Assembly: GCA_965112155.1 (NCBI GenBank)
Contig: OZ218108.1
Length of the DNA stretch: 64,000 bases
Direction: 5' to 3' (one strand)
Source of the DNA: Podarcis liolepis
Lineage: Eukaryota
A program made the translations under genes and the position numbers. Shown piece by piece: positions 63,786-64,000 of this stretch. A model generated the notes under the pieces. It searched no databases. It was not told the DNA's origin and was given only the letters and a program-made list of their open reading frames with translations. Every line of letters starts with the position of its first letter. Position 1 is the first letter of the stretch.

Positions 63786-64000
63786 TGCTTGTAGCATATA
63801 CATGCACCCATTTCTCTTTCTGTCCCATAACCATCCCTGATCAAACAGGTTTTCCACATTCTTGCAGCACTTGAAAGAAAAGCCAACTGTTCAACCAGAG
63901 CTTATGGCATGACAAAAGAAATCAGAGTGTGTGCACTGTGAGCAGTGTAGGCTCTATTGGACCACCTTAATTCTTTGGGAAATGGTGTGTCTCCAAATTC

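Overview
Vertebrate genomic DNA, most likely from a squamate (probably a lacertid lizard, inferred from Sauria SINEs and the repeat complement). The only supportable protein-coding gene is the 5' part of PRDM6 on the minus strand. It has a candidate non-coding exon 1 near 50.3-50.8 kb, coding exon 2 (ATG at 49727, donor after 49172) and exon 3 (30047-29740; PR zinc knuckle and start of the PR/SET domain). I found no further exon, so 1-29739 is read as intron 3. A broad CpG-rich, repeat-poor domain spans about 42-55 kb. The rest is AT-rich and dense in SINEs, LINE relics and non-autonomous Tc1/mariner, hAT and Harbinger-like elements. The most notable observations are four. (1) A Penelope-type insertion forms an 89-bp inverted repeat whose arms carry a minimal hammerhead ribozyme motif; the intact copy is on the PRDM6 sense strand. 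(2) A single insertion bounded by a 15-bp target-site duplication (TSD) fuses a LINE 3' end to an oppositely oriented Gypsy gag zinc-knuckle fragment. (3) Two diverged MITE copies on either side of exon 3 share an identical 32-bp flank outside the terminal inverted repeat (TIR). (4) The exon 2 frame reads 102 codons into intron 2 and stops just before L2-derived AATAAA signals. All calls were made by eye; repeat family names and human comparisons are from recall and need database confirmation.
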